Positions 22,889-35,118 of a DNA stretch of 64,000 bases are shown here, in pieces. Below the pieces are notes generated by a model. That model saw nothing but the letters and a program-made list of their open reading frames with translations, searched no databases and was not told where the DNA came from. Origin of the DNA: Podarcis vaucheri (lineage: Eukaryota); assembly GCA_965113315.1 (NCBI GenBank), contig OZ220370.1. One strand, written 5' to 3'. The translations under genes and the position numbers were made by a program. Each line of letters begins with the position of its first letter. Within the stretch, counting starts at the first letter, position 1.

Positions 22889-24014
22889 TAGCGTCTGAAG
22901 AGGTGTCCCTCAAGACCAAGAGGTTTAGGATCTAAAATTTCCTAATGGTGAGGGCTCATGTGATTGACTGCTGCTCCTCCCTGCACTAGGACAACTGATT
23001 TGCTTTGTTTCTATGTGCAGGGATTTTTTAAAAAAGCTTTTCAGCATGAAGAACAATTCAATTATTTGAGTGCTCACCTGCACTCTGAAAGGGGTCTTGC
23101 TGAGAAATAAATGATTGCCTCAACGAGAATGAAGACCAGGAAGGCTTATGAGTTATTCCTTTGCCACCACAGTAGACTGCTCACTTCCTGCAAATCCTGG
23201 TAACTTTGAAAACTGCCCATATTCAGTGAATTAAGGTGTTTGAAGACTCTGATGTGGTAAATATTAGGAAAGGGCAGCAAAGCTGAGAAAAACACGAGAG
23301 CTGTTTAAGGATGCAATTTGCAGAAACAGGTCAGATTGCAAATAACTGGTTTCAGGTTTGAGGAAATTAGTTTCCTGTAGTGTCATATCTTTAAACACCA
23401 TGACAAATATTTATATATATTTGCTGTTGATGGTGCTTATTCTTATCTGTATGTACAAACTTTATTTCAATACATAACTGATATAATCATGCACCAGGGT
23501 AGGTTTTTCACTACACTTCATTGCTACCAGTATTGTTTACTTCACTTAACTGAGGGATGGGGAAACTGAAGTTGCCAGACTGTAACTCCATCACCCCCTG
23601 ACCATTATAGAGGACAGTTGGAAGATCCCAGCAGAATACCAGAGCATGGTATGCATTAATATGGAAACTATAAGTCCGGATGCACTTGATCAAGACGAGT
23701 CACAATTTATTAGACATTTCGGTGAAGCAAGATCTCTTCTAAAATTATTTTAATATTTGTCGCTCTGATTAAAGCATGCGGGAACATGTTGTTCTAGCTG
23801 CTTGTAATCATAGATATGTTGTTTTGTTCAACAGCATTTCCTTTGAAAATGAAAAACAAAGCAAAACAAAGCTCTTGACCAATGTGCCACTTTGAGGATT
23901 TTTAATCCATCACTGTTTATTAATTAAGGGATGCGGTAATTATATGATTTGTGTTTTTACTGGGCCAGATCCAGCTAACCCAGTTTACTAGTGGAAGCCG
24001 GTGCAAGGACTAGT

Positions 24015-24093
24015 TGAGATTCCTGCCTTGCAGGGGGTTGAACTAGATGACTGTGGGGTTCCCTTCCAGCTCTACAATTCCATGATTCTATGA
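24015..24093 (+). mobile_element. CR1-type 3' end
   Basis: GCAGGGGGTTGAACTAGATGA...ATGATTCTATGA. Confidence 0.7.
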
Positions 24094-24146
24094 GTCCTCC
24101 CAGTGCAGAACTCCCAACAGTACCAAGGTGTGGGGAAGATTGTTCC

Positions 24147-24533
24147 CAGTGGCGTAGCGTGGGGGGTGCAGGGGGGCCCGGTCGCACCGGGTGCAACATA
24201 TGGGGGGGGCGCTCGCACTTGCAGCTCTCTGCCCCTACCTGGCTCACTCACTCTCTCTCACTGCAGTGCTGGCTGTGCGAATCCGATCCAAGCCGCTGGG
24301 TCTCCGCCCACTCTGGAGGGGGTGGGTGCCAGGCCTGCGGTGCGGAGAGAGAGAGCAAGGGACTATCTGGGGGAGGGACAGTGCAGCGGCCACCCAGCTG
24401 AGCGCGGGAGAGAACCACACCAGACCAGACCAGGCAGCAGCAAGAAGAAGCTGGCAGCGGCGGCAGGTTAGGGGTTAGGGGGCGCAAATGACTTGCCTTG
24501 CCCCGGGTGCTGACAACCCACGCTACGCCACTG
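24147..24533. mobile_element. hAT-type non-autonomous DNA transposon, young
   Basis: Perfect 17-bp TIR CAGTGGCGTAGCGTGGG; perfect 8-bp TSD ATTGTTCC (24139-24146, 24534-24541). Confidence 0.92.
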
Positions 24534-24897
24534 ATTGTTCCATCTGGCAAGCAGAACAATCATCTTAGTGCAATGCTGAATTCCACCCATTGTGTTCTAT
24601 TTATGTGTCTCGAATTCTGATTGGCAAACTACCTTGTGAGAGGAACGTGCCCAGAAAGGCAGGTTGGAAACTTGTGGCATGCATATGCATACAAACAGGA
24701 ATTGGGAAAAGAGTAGATTCTTGAATAATCACTGCCCAGATATAGGATGCATTGTTACCAGGAAATTACCCTGAAAAACAGCATGAAACAAAAATAAGTA
24801 AGATGAAACTTTTTCTCTGCTGCGGAGAGGACAGAATCATAGAACTTGAGAATTGGAGATCATATGGTCTGTTCCCCTGGCAAATGTCAGAATCAGT

Positions 24898-25097
24898 TGT
24901 TGTTGTTTAGTCGTTTAGTCGTGTCCGACACTTCGTGACCCCATGGACCAGAGCATGCCAGGCACTCCTGTCTTCCACTGCCTCCCGCAGTTTGGTCAAA
25001 CTCATGCTGGTAGCTTCGAGAGCACTGTCCAACCATCTCGTCCTCTGTCGCCCCCTTCTCCTTCTGTCCTCAATCTTTCATCAACATCCTCCAGCAC
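24898..25097 (-). mobile_element. Bov-B 3' fragment with internal deletion
   Basis: TSD CAGAATCAGT (24888-24897, 25098-25107). Jumps from AACATC to CTCCAGCACC relative to other copies. Confidence 0.9.
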
Positions 25098-25120
25098 CAG
25101 AATCAGTGGGAAAAGCTTAA

Positions 25121-25245
25121 TCCAGTGGGAGCTAAAGTAGGTGTCCTCTAGATATTGTTAAACTACAGATCCCATCAGCGCCAACCAGCATGGCCAATGG
25201 TCAGAGATGATGGGAACTGTTGTCCAGCTACCTCTGGCTAAACCT
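25121..25245. mobile_element. Old palindromic hAT-like MITE
   Basis: CTACAGATCCCATCA...CAGCATGGCCAATGGTCAGAGATGATGGGA family seen repeatedly in the window. Confidence 0.55.
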
Positions 25246-26390
25246 ATCTATTGCATGCATGCTTTGGAATGCTCCAAAGGCACAGACGCAGTCGTGCTGA
25301 CCAGCCTGACAACTCTACTGTCTGCCACCCAGCTGGTTTATGTTGCCAACTTTTGCTAAGCAGTGCTCTTGTGCCTATAACAGTGGAGGTGATAAACCCC
25401 ATCTCCATTCTGTGAAAAGCTTTCCCCCATTTCTTCGAATCAAGGTCCTGTTCAAGGTGCAAGATAAGGCCAGTTCTTCAGGTCATTCTTAGCAGTCCTA
25501 GCTCAGAACTCTGGCCTGGAAATGCAGCAGTAGCTGTGTTGTATGCGACAAGTTGGCTGAACAAGCACAGCAGCTAGGTGTAGGCAGCGGTGAGGTAATT
25601 GAAAGGGAAGGGATTTGGAAAAGATTCCAAAAAAAAAAAAGCAGCCCAGCACATAAACCCCAAATGCTATTAAGAGCCACTAAATTACCTGAAGGCATCT
25701 CAATTAAGGAGATTGCAATCTTCCATCATGATGCAGCTATTGCTATTAGGGATTCCCGGTGCTTTGACTGAGATATTCTAATTAGACAGATTTCCTGATA
25801 AAGCACGTTTAAATGAAGCAAGCTGTGCTGTCTCTTTCGAGGCCTCAGCTTGCTGCCAGGCGCTGTCTGTTGGATTGCAATTTCGTCAGTGTAGGTCTTT
25901 GCTTAGAAAGATGAATGCGACAGGACTTTAATTCTGCCTCAGTGAGGATTTATGCTGCCATAGATGATTGCAGCTATTTATTGCTCTGCTTTTATTATCG
26001 GATGTAAGTTGTTATGGACAAGTGGTGTGTACCCCGCCTTGAGATAAATGTGAAAGGTGGACTAGGAGTATTTTAATGAATAGTGATGCTATTAATAGCA
26101 AAGTATGAGTGGGTCATCTGTGTGGGTCAAATGGCCTTGGACTATACTATTGTCTTGCAAGAGCTGTCTTACTTCTGAGTTTCTCTTTTGTATTAGAGGG
26201 TCCTTCTCTTGGGTGGTTTGCCATAGCTTTGCATCCAGCTGTCCTGCCTTAACTTTGTGCAAAACTACATAAACCTAAGTTGGTTCTATGAAAAAGCTGG
26301 TAGGATGAGTGTTGGAAAGCTATTCACGTGGCGCCATAAGGGACGTAGGTCTCCAAGACTCACTGTGGTGTTAGCAGCTACAGTTTAGAT

Positions 26391-26552
26391 CAGTGAGTCC
26401 CAATGGGGTCCGCATAACCCACCTGGGTCCGTGGTACCATTCACATAACAAAAACTACCATAGAGATATTGAAATTTCCAAAAGTAGGCAGTCCACGGCT
26501 TGGCTGTTCAAAAACAGGGGGTCCTCAATACGTAGCTAATTCGGAACTACTG
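26391..26552. mobile_element. hAT (Charlie-like) MITE
   Basis: CAGT...ACTG ends; perfect 8-bp TSD GTTTAGAT (26383-26390, 26553-26560). Confidence 0.75.
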
Positions 26553-26934
26553 GTTTAGATAGTTGGTGTAATTTGTTGTTGTTGTTAAAAATTCTATACC
26601 ACCCTCACAAGGCAAGTTACAATATAAAAACACAAAAAATACACAACATAATAACAAACAAAAGCAATAGCTCCCACAGTTTCAAAGGTCATAGATTGTT
26701 AAATTAGCCAAAGGCCTGGGAAAAGAGGGATGTTTTAAAGATATTCCCTTTGAAAAGTTGCTGCATTGTCCCCTTAATATTATATGCCATACTTTATATA
26801 TTTCCAGATCCCAAAGGCTGTATGATACGTGACACTAAATGCATTGCTGTCAATTGCATAAGGTTTCTCAAAAAATTATATAATGATGATGAGAAGCATT
26901 AATGGGCCTGATCTTTATTAGAACTACATAATGG

Positions 26935-28031
26935 TATTATGACTTGGTAGGTGCAACCCTAAATTCTGGATCAAGTTAGTGTTAGAATTTAATTAAGTCT
27001 TGTGTGTTAAAACTGTGTGTCAGACTCCCACGTATTAGGATGTAATCAAGACCCGTGTGTATTAAGTTGTGTGTCAGACACCTCTTCAATCCTAGGGAAT
27101 AAACAAGTCAGGCTAATTTCCTTTTGAGGTGATTGCCTGGAGATGAGCCACTAAGACAGCACAAAGGATCATGGGCAAATCTCATCTGTAAATGAGTGGG
27201 CTCAACTAAGAGTTACTTTAAAAAGACAATGCCAGTGTTTTAGGTTAGCATTTTGGGATTTCAGTTAGGTGCTATGGAAGCAGCGGGATGGACAGAGAGT
27301 CAGGGAGCAACGTTTGGGAGCAATGGTTGAGGCTGTGGGAGAAGCCAGAATCTCCTGGGGTGTTAAGGCTGTGAACCCCTCCATCATAGACTGTCAGGGG
27401 CTGGACTGAGGAGGAATGGTGGGGGCTGCCCCCCTTTTCCTGAACCTTCCCGAGAACAGAAGGACAGTATAGATTTAGAACAGTGGTTTGCAGAAGGACA
27501 TAGTTCAGAGACTGTAGAGGGGAAAAGCTGGGAAATATTGGGAGAGGAACAGCAGGAAGAAGAAATACTGGGAGGGAGAGACAGCTGACAGACTCGGTGT
27601 CTTTGGAGAGCATTCCTGAGCCCAGGACTAGGCGGGCATTGAGAGTAGTAGAACAGAAAGCTCAGAGGCAGAAAGCTCAGATTAGCCAACGCAGGGGTGA
27701 CATAGAATAGGGGAGAAATAGGGGGTGGGACTTGCCTTAGAGCAAAGCCATTATCTAGGGAATACTGCATTCCTTTGTGTCTCTCTGAGAATATGGAATA
27801 AAATTACTTGGTAAGAACTTTTATTGTTTATCTGATTCTTGGCTGCCGCCGTGGGAGGGATCGAATTCCCTGAAGCCTGACATAGGCTCAGGTTGTATCT
27901 ATGTGAAAATAAAGCATATATCATAAAGACTCCAGTCTTCACTGGGCCTCATTTTCCAAAAGGAAACACAGAGAAGCTTTAATCATTGCTCCTCCATGGT
28001 GATCCGCAAAACCCACTCCTATGTTGCAATA
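26935..28031 (+). mobile_element. Possible solo LTR
   Basis: About 1.1 kb; degenerate ends (TATTATGA...GTTGCAATA), purine-rich middle, AATAAA near 27797 and 27908. No clear TSD. Confidence 0.3.
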
Positions 28032-28151
28032 TATAAAAAGATCCCATTGTCCCCATGAAGAGCAGCATGGGGGAGGATGATTTTGAGTCAACGGACACTC
28101 CCCAGCTCAATAGTTAAGTGTGACGTATTGTGCGTGTACTTACTATTAAAT

Positions 28152-28396
28152 AAAGAGGAGTTTGGATTTGATCTCACATTTTATCACTACCTGAAGGAGT
28201 CTCAAAGCGGCTAACGTTCTCCTTTCCCTTCCTCCCCCACAACAAACACTCTGTGAGGTGAGTGAGGCTGAGAGACTTCAAAGAAGTGTGACTAGCCCAA
28301 GGTCACCCAGCAGCTGCATGTGGAGGAGTGGAGAAGCGAACCCGGTTCACCAGATTACGAGTCTACCGCTCTTAACCACTACAGCACACTGGCTCT
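28152..28396 (-). mobile_element. tRNA/CORE-type SINE (Squam3-like)
   Basis: Minus strand begins AGAGCCAGTGTGCTGTAGTGGTTAAGAGCGG...GGTTCGC...GGGTGACCTTGGGCTAGTCAC. Confidence 0.85.
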
Positions 28397-28689
28397 GAAG
28401 TAGTTAGGCCCTTAGGTGCTGTTGTTACTGTCACCTGCCCTCATCTCTCTCCCATGCCTGCTGGATAGTACACCTGAGTACTACAGTTCATGATGGAAGG
28501 GGCTGGATGAAAAGAATGGAGAGAAATGGGTTGGATAAACTGTTGCAGCTGGGCCTGGCACTTGAACAGGGGAGTCAGGGTTGTAGCCTCAGTTGATAGG
28601 CTGCTGTCAACTCTAGTCATTTAGAGTGAAGGGCTTCTAAGATGGAGACTGGACATCACACTCTCTGTATGTTCCCAGGTAGTGGACCA

Positions 28690-28873
28690 TGGCTAGATCT
28701 ACACAGCTATTAAAAAAACAAAACAGCAACGCTCTGAATACGCTCTGCAAAAAAAAAACTGCTGTAAAGCTCACAATTGAAAATACCATTGAGTTGTGAT
28801 TTCAGCTCTACAGCGCCATCTCGTGTCACAATGTTATAACGCATTTATAACGCTGTATTTTGTAGCTGAGTCC
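28690..28873. mobile_element. Old non-autonomous DNA element (related copy at 58.9 kb)
   Basis: Degenerate TIRs GGCTAGATCTACA / TGTAGCTGAGTCC; the same 3' end recurs at 58957-58969. Confidence 0.45.
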
Positions 28874-29913
28874 CATAACCCACTTCAGAGGGTAAGCATG
28901 TTCGCAGCTGCTGATTTCAACAAGCTAAATTCACTTTGCTCTCTATGGTAGGGCTCACCAGTTTTTTTGGACCAATGGCCACATTTTGAAGTTTCAGACA
29001 GTGCTGGATGCTGCTGCTATGAAATGGCTGCCGTGGGGTGTGTGGCCTAACACAAAATGGCTGCCATGGAGAACATAACACAAAATCTGAGAGACAATCT
29101 TATGCTTATCATAGGAATTCAGCTATGTCCTGATTGTGGAGATCATGCTTTGACGGTGTTGTTATCTAATAATAACAATACGGTGGCCACATCACTCTCA
29201 CACGTATTTTGCAGAAATTGTATAGAAGGTACTTGCAGATTTGTCCCATAACTTTCATTCTGGGAGGGATAGAGACGTAATATTTTTTTTTATACAGGAA
29301 AGCTCAGAGTCTGGAGAAACCTGTACAGGTGGACCAGTGAAAGCCCATGGGCTCCAAGTTGGCAACCATCATCATGGCTAAATCTTGCTTACACATCTTG
29401 CTTAGATTTCCATCCTAAGAGCATAGGAAGGGAAAGGGCCCCTAGGTTCAGTCTTCAAGTAGGGCTGGAAAGGACTCCTGCCTGAAACTTTGGAGAGCTT
29501 CTAACAGTCAGGGTCAACAAAACTGAACTAGATTGATCATTGGTCTGATGGATCATTCGTACAAGCGAGCTTCCTGTGTTCCTATGAAGCTGCCTTGTAG
29601 TGAATTGGACCATTAGCTGAACTGGTCCAGTATTGACTACAGGCTGGCAGCAGCTTTCTGTGGGCTTAGACTGAAATCTCCCTTTGCCCCTGCTCCCTGG
29701 TCTTTCATGGAGATGCTTTGGATTGAACCTGCAGGGCTTCTGTTCAGTGGGACTTTGGAGCAAATGCCCAGGGCCCCACTTGGCAGGATGGAAGATCCAC
29801 CAAACACACTAGGGTTGGCTTTGGAATCCATATTTGGAAGCAAGTGAAGTTCTGACTGCCATCATCTAAACAACTCCTCTCCTCTAGAGTCCAAAATGTC
29901 CTAATAGACACTA

Positions 29914-30246
29914 CAGTGGTACCTTGGGTTGCAGACGCTTCAGGTTACAGACGCTTCAGGTTACAGACTCCGCTAACCCAGAAATAGTACCTCAGGTTGA
30001 GAACCTTGGTTTTCGAACAGCCTAGTTCTCGAACGTTTTGGCTCCCGAACGATCAAAAACCGGAAGTAACTGTTCCAGTTTCCGAACGTTCTTTTGGAAG
30101 CCGAATGTCCGACAGGGCTTCTGCGGCTTCCAATTGGCTGCAGGAGCTTCCTGCAGCCAATCAGAAGCCACACTTTGCTTTTTGAATGCTTTGGAACTCG
30201 AACGGACTTCCGGAATGAATTTCATTCGACTTCCAAAGTCCGACTG
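29914..30246. mobile_element. Tigger/pogo-like MITE, chimeric
   Basis: TA-CAGTGGTACC...ACTG-TA; the left 90 bp and the remainder match two different MITE families in the window. Confidence 0.8.
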
Positions 30247-31634
30247 TACTGAGTTAGCTGAACCTGTGTACAATTTTTTTTTTTTTTTAGTGAAGTGAAT
30301 AGGTGAGCATTAACTCTTTGGAGTGTGTTGCAGACATGCAATTCCCTGTTAATTCAACTTCCATTAAAGTGTTTAAATCCACCATGCATAACTACCTCTG
30401 TTCCCCCCCTCCATTTTTCTTTTCCAAATGTTATTTTTATCAGGCATATTTAGCAGAGTCTTGTAAATGCTGCTGAGTAGTGGCTCACTTGGCCCAGAGA
30501 AGCATGTAACTATAAATTGAAACACGATGCTGATAATCAAGGCCTGGAGAATGTGTTTAGTCTACTCTTGGGTGGATAACGAGAATGTATATTAGCAAAT
30601 ACTTTTACAGGCAATGGTAGATAATATATTAGGAAAAAGTTTTCAGCCTTAAATACTTTGATATCTATAGACATTTATTTTAATTATGTTAAGGAAAGGA
30701 AATAAAACTCCCTGTAACTGCTAATAGGTTTTTTTTTAAAGCAGTCCTTGCACATTGGCAAAGATTTAATAGGCAAATGGTTAAAAAAAGAGCTAATGGA
30801 AATAGTCCCCCTCCCCCACCATAGAAAGGACAAGGATGCTGTTGGACAGTTTTGTTAATGGGACATTGTCAGGCTTATTTTCTGTGTAGGTTCAAACAGA
30901 GGACTGAGGAAATTCTTGGTGAGTAGCTGCTGGAAATCTTGTTCTCCAAGTTGGTAATAGAATGCAACCTCACGCCGAAAGAATGTTGCAACCTGGATTT
31001 ATGCAACAGGGAATGAATCCAGACCTTGTGGCATTTTGTGGGTCTACTCTGTGGCATTTGGGATGATTTACTGTAGGCATGGAGACCCCACCTTAGGCAT
31101 ACATCCCCAGTGCAGTTTGCAATACAAAAATGGGGAGATTTTACTATATATATATATTTAAAAAACAACAGCTCAGTGCAGATGGGCAGAACAATCCAAA
31201 GCATTGATGCACAACCCTGTTCTGGACTTTGCCTGGCTCTGCTTAACTCTCAACTGGGGACTTTCCCATTGTTATTGTGTGTAGGTGGAGAAGCTACTGA
31301 TTCTTTCCCTTTGAACTTTTATCCAAAATGCTATCACCTTTCTGGCACTTGCAGCACTTATGTCATATCCTCACAGGTTCAGCCTGGGATTTCTCCCAGT
31401 CTGCTCTGTCTCTCACCGTAGACAAGAGCATGTCTGTCATGACTGCATAATGCGCACAGAGATGGAAAGGGAGAAGGGAAGTTGGCTTACTCCTCCCCCA
31501 TCAATCTTTCAGTCTTCTTAAAAAGTTTTTTTTAGCTAATTCCTTATGGGGTCGCTTCTAGGTTTTGTCCAAAGCCTTGCAGTTCTGTCTGTCTTTCTAT
31601 CTATGCAAAAAACAGATAGAGCCAGTAGCAAATA

Positions 31635-31885
31635 CAGTTGTGCCTTGGTTCTCAAATGGAATCTGTTCCAGAAGTCTATTTGACTTCCGAAGACGTTCAA
31701 AAACCAAGGCGTGGCTTCCGATTGGCTGCAGGAGCTTCCTGCACTCAATTGGAAGCTGCGTAAGCCGCGTTGGACGTTCGGCTTCCAAAAAACATTCGCA
31801 AAACGGAACACTCACTTCCAGGTCTGCGGCGTTCGGGAGCCAATACGTTTGAGTCCCAAGGCATTCCAGAACCAAGGTACAACAG
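31635..31885. mobile_element. Tigger/pogo-like MITE (family B)
   Basis: TA TSD; TIR CAGTTGTGCCTTGGTTCTC / GAACCAAGGTACAACAG. Confidence 0.8.
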
Positions 31886-32001
31886 TATTCAATGAACTAT
31901 GGCTAGCACACAAGGGAACAGAACAGCAGTTTCCCCTGCTATATCACATACTGCTTTTTGTTAAGCCTCCCCAGTCTTCAGGTGCTTTTCATAGGGCATA
32001 G

Positions 32002-32252
32002 CAGGGGTCAGCAAACTTTTTCAGCAGGGGGCCGGTCCACTGTCCCTCATACCTTGGGGTGTGTGTGAAACTATATTTTTTTTGAGGGGGGGGGATGAAT
32101 TCCTATGCCCCACAAATAACCCAGAGATGCATTTTAAATAACAGGACACATTCTACATGTGAAAACACGCTAATTCCCGGACTGTCTGCGGGCCGGATTT
32201 AGAAGGCGATTGGGCCGGCCCCAGCCCCCAGGTGTTAGTTTGCCTACCCATG
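32002..32252. mobile_element. hAT (Charlie-like) MITE
   Basis: CAGGGGTCAGCAAACT...AGTTTGCCTACCCATG; GCATAG repeated on both flanks. Confidence 0.75.
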
Positions 32253-33147
32253 GCATAGAGGACTGTTGTTTTGAGAACTACAACGCCAAAGGCCCACCCT
32301 TCCCTGCCCCCTGTCATATGGAACTGGTTGCAAAGTCCTTTGGATCACAGCCCAACCCATTTAGTTTTCCTTCTTTGCTCTGAGCCAATAAGGGCGCATT
32401 GCACGCCTTTGCAGGTCTTCTGCCACCGTCTGCAAACCTTTCAGCTCCAGATTCCAAATGCTTTTATTGGCAAAGCACAATGACTGTAGGTTCGGGAACT
32501 CCCTGCCTTTTGTGGGATTTGCAGCTCCTAATATAAATGTTAAATAGAACAGCTCTGGCTGAAGTTGCAAGAGCTGGCACGCTTTGTCTGTCAGGTGCAT
32601 TTTCCTGCGAAGGATGCAATGTCAGGTGGTTATGATGCAAATTGAGACGCAGCCGCTGCAATGTTATCCAGGAGCAGCTTATTATTATTTTTTGTAACAG
32701 GAGACATGCTGCGGGTGACCTAAGAGTATAAGGCCTTATGAGAAGGGACTGTGTTGTGCCAAAAGCTTATGGATCTGTAGGTGTTTTGCTGCGAGACAAA
32801 GTCTACCATTGGCAATAACCTCTAATGAGTTTGTCTGCAAGCTGCTTCAAATCACCTCCCACGTCCGTTCCCTTTTGTTATGATCCACCCAGATATATGG
32901 CCACACAGGTTCTTACTCCTTCTTGCTCACTCATTTTCGGCTGCCTCATTTGCTCCACACGTACACCATCACCTGGCAAAGCTTCTTTTCAGATGGGTCT
33001 CTAGCAAGCCCATAGCCAGACCTGCATCCCCTCCACATGTTCTGTTTTTACAGGGACAGTCCCAGAATAACAAAAGTCATTCCGGCTTCTGATTTGATCC
33101 CAGAATGTCCCTCTTTTTCCTGCATCTCCAAATCTGAAGGTGGAGGC

Positions 33148-33269
33148 CAGGGATGGGGGACTTGTGGCCCTCCAGATATTCAAATAAAGCTTCCTTCACC
33201 CATAACCATTGTCCATGGCACCTGCAGTTAGTGGGAAATGAAGTCTAACCACATCTGGAGGGCCACAGA
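33148..33269. mobile_element. Old palindromic hAT-like MITE
   Basis: TGTGGCCCTCCAGAT...ATCTGGAGGGCCACA inverted arms. Confidence 0.6.
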
Positions 33270-33390
33270 GTAGAGAATATCCTGGACACTGGCAGAAAGA
33301 ATAGCTCTCTGTTGACGTTATAGATGGCACCATTCCTTTATACCAGTATGAACATATGCTCAGGGGCTGTCCAGCTATCTATATAATCAC

Positions 33391-33522
33391 CAGTGACATT
33401 TTTCTAGAAAAAGAGGTGCTGGAACTCACCATGAACACCTCCCTTGTTCTCTTAGAATGGCAATGGCACCCACCTGGGAGGTGCCAGAACTGAGTTCCAG
33501 CTGAAAAAAACCACACACCCTG
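33391..33522. mobile_element. hAT-like MITE (same family as 60527-60679)
   Basis: AATGGCAATGGCACCCAC...GAGGTGCCAGAACTGAGTTCCAGC shared with the 60.5 kb copy in opposite orientation. Confidence 0.6.
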
Positions 33523-34282
33523 GTTTTTTGACCACATGCATAATTGGCTTGTTGGGCAGGCTAGATAGGGCAATTGCTTCTGCAGTCCTGAAGATTCTGG
33601 ATTGCCACCAGTATTGTTGAACAGTCTGTATGAGGCCACGGAGAAAGATTCCTGGAGCCTTGTTTCGAAACATTGGCATGCCACCCTTTCCCTCACAAAG
33701 CCAGTTTGACTAAAACATCGGTAAAGCAATGAATCCCACTAAAACACTTCAGTAAAAGTCGGCCATAAAGCAGCAAATAGTGCGCAGCAACACATTAAAA
33801 CCAAAACAAGCGCAGAGAGACCTGTACCTGCCACCCCTAACTTTATTAATAACTCTCAGCTCTATATTTTGCTATCGATTCGCTTAGGTGTGGCTGCCTC
33901 AATCCTAAATGAAGCCCTGGGCGAAGGGATGCGGTTAAACAGATTGAAGCTGATTGGAGACAAGATGGAGGTGATATAGTTAATCCAAATGCTTTTGGGA
34001 GAGTTGGAATGCCTGCTTTGGGTGGAGCAACACTTACTCCATCAGAGCATGTTCAGGGCCTTGGGCTTCTTCTAGACTCTGCTTTGCTCGTGGAAAAACA
34101 GATAGCAGTGTGCTTTACCTGCTGTACCTATTGCATAGGCCCCAGCCTCTTTTTGGAGTAGAAGGGTTACACCTGGTTGCTCTGCAATTTGTGCAAACTT
34201 AAGGATTGACTACTGCAAGGCACTTTCACATGGGCCACCCTTGGAAGCTGTAGCTACTGCTATGGCCTGCTTTCTGATCCAT

Positions 34283-34648
34283 AAAGTAAAGGTAAAGGTA
34301 CCCCTGACTGTTAGATCCACTCGTGGACAACTCTGGGGTTGCAGTGCTCATCTCACTCTATAGGCCGAGGGAGCTGGTGTTTGTCTGCAGACAGCTTCCG
34401 GGTCATGTGGCCAGCATGACTAAGCCGCTTCTGGCGAACCAGAGCAGCACACGGAAACGCCATTTACCTTCCCGCCAAAGCGGTAGGTATTTATCTACTT
34501 GCACTTTGACGTGCTCTCAAACTGCTAGGTGGGCAGGAGCAGGGACCAAACAACGGGAGCTCACCCTGTTGCGGGGATTTGAACCGCTGACCTTCTGATT
34601 GGCAAGCCCTAAGCTCTGTGGTTTAGACCACAGCGCCACCCGCGTCCC
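34283..34648 (-). mobile_element. Sauria SINE, full length
   Basis: Head GGGACGCGGGTGGCGCTGTGG on minus; ACCTTT tail; degenerate TSD. Confidence 0.94.
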
Positions 34649-34661
34649 ATTCCTGATTCAT

Positions 34662-35118
34662 GTTGTTGTTTAGTCGTTTAGTCGTGTCCGACTCTTCATG
34701 ACCCCATGGACCAGAGGACACCAAGCACTCCTGTCTTCCACTACCTCCCGCAGCTTGGTCAAACTCATGTTCGTAGCTTCAAGAACACTGTCCAACCATC
34801 TTGTCCTCTGTTGTCCCCTTCTCCTAGTGCCCTCAATCTTTCCCAACATCAGGGTCTTTTCCAGGGAGTCTTCTCTTCTCATGAGATGGCCAAAGTAGTG
34901 GAGCCTCAGCTTCAGGATCTGTCCTTCCAGTGAGCACTCAGGGCTGATTTCCTTCAGAATGGATAGGTTTGATCTTCTTGCAGTCCATGGGACGCTCAAG
35001 AGTCTCCACCAGCACCATAATTCAAAAGCATCAATTCTTCAATGTTCAGCTTTCTTTATGGCCCAGCTCTCATTTCCATACATCACAACTGGGGAAACCA
35101 TGGCTTTAACTATACAGA
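34662..35118 (-). mobile_element. Bov-B 3' fragment
   Basis: ORF 34670-34999 is the Bov-B C-terminus. TSD CCTGATTCAT (34652-34661, 35119-35128). Confidence 0.94.

Noticed and set aside
24467-24482. Interstitial telomeric repeat
   Set aside because: Only two imperfectly spaced TTAGGG units, inside a MITE.
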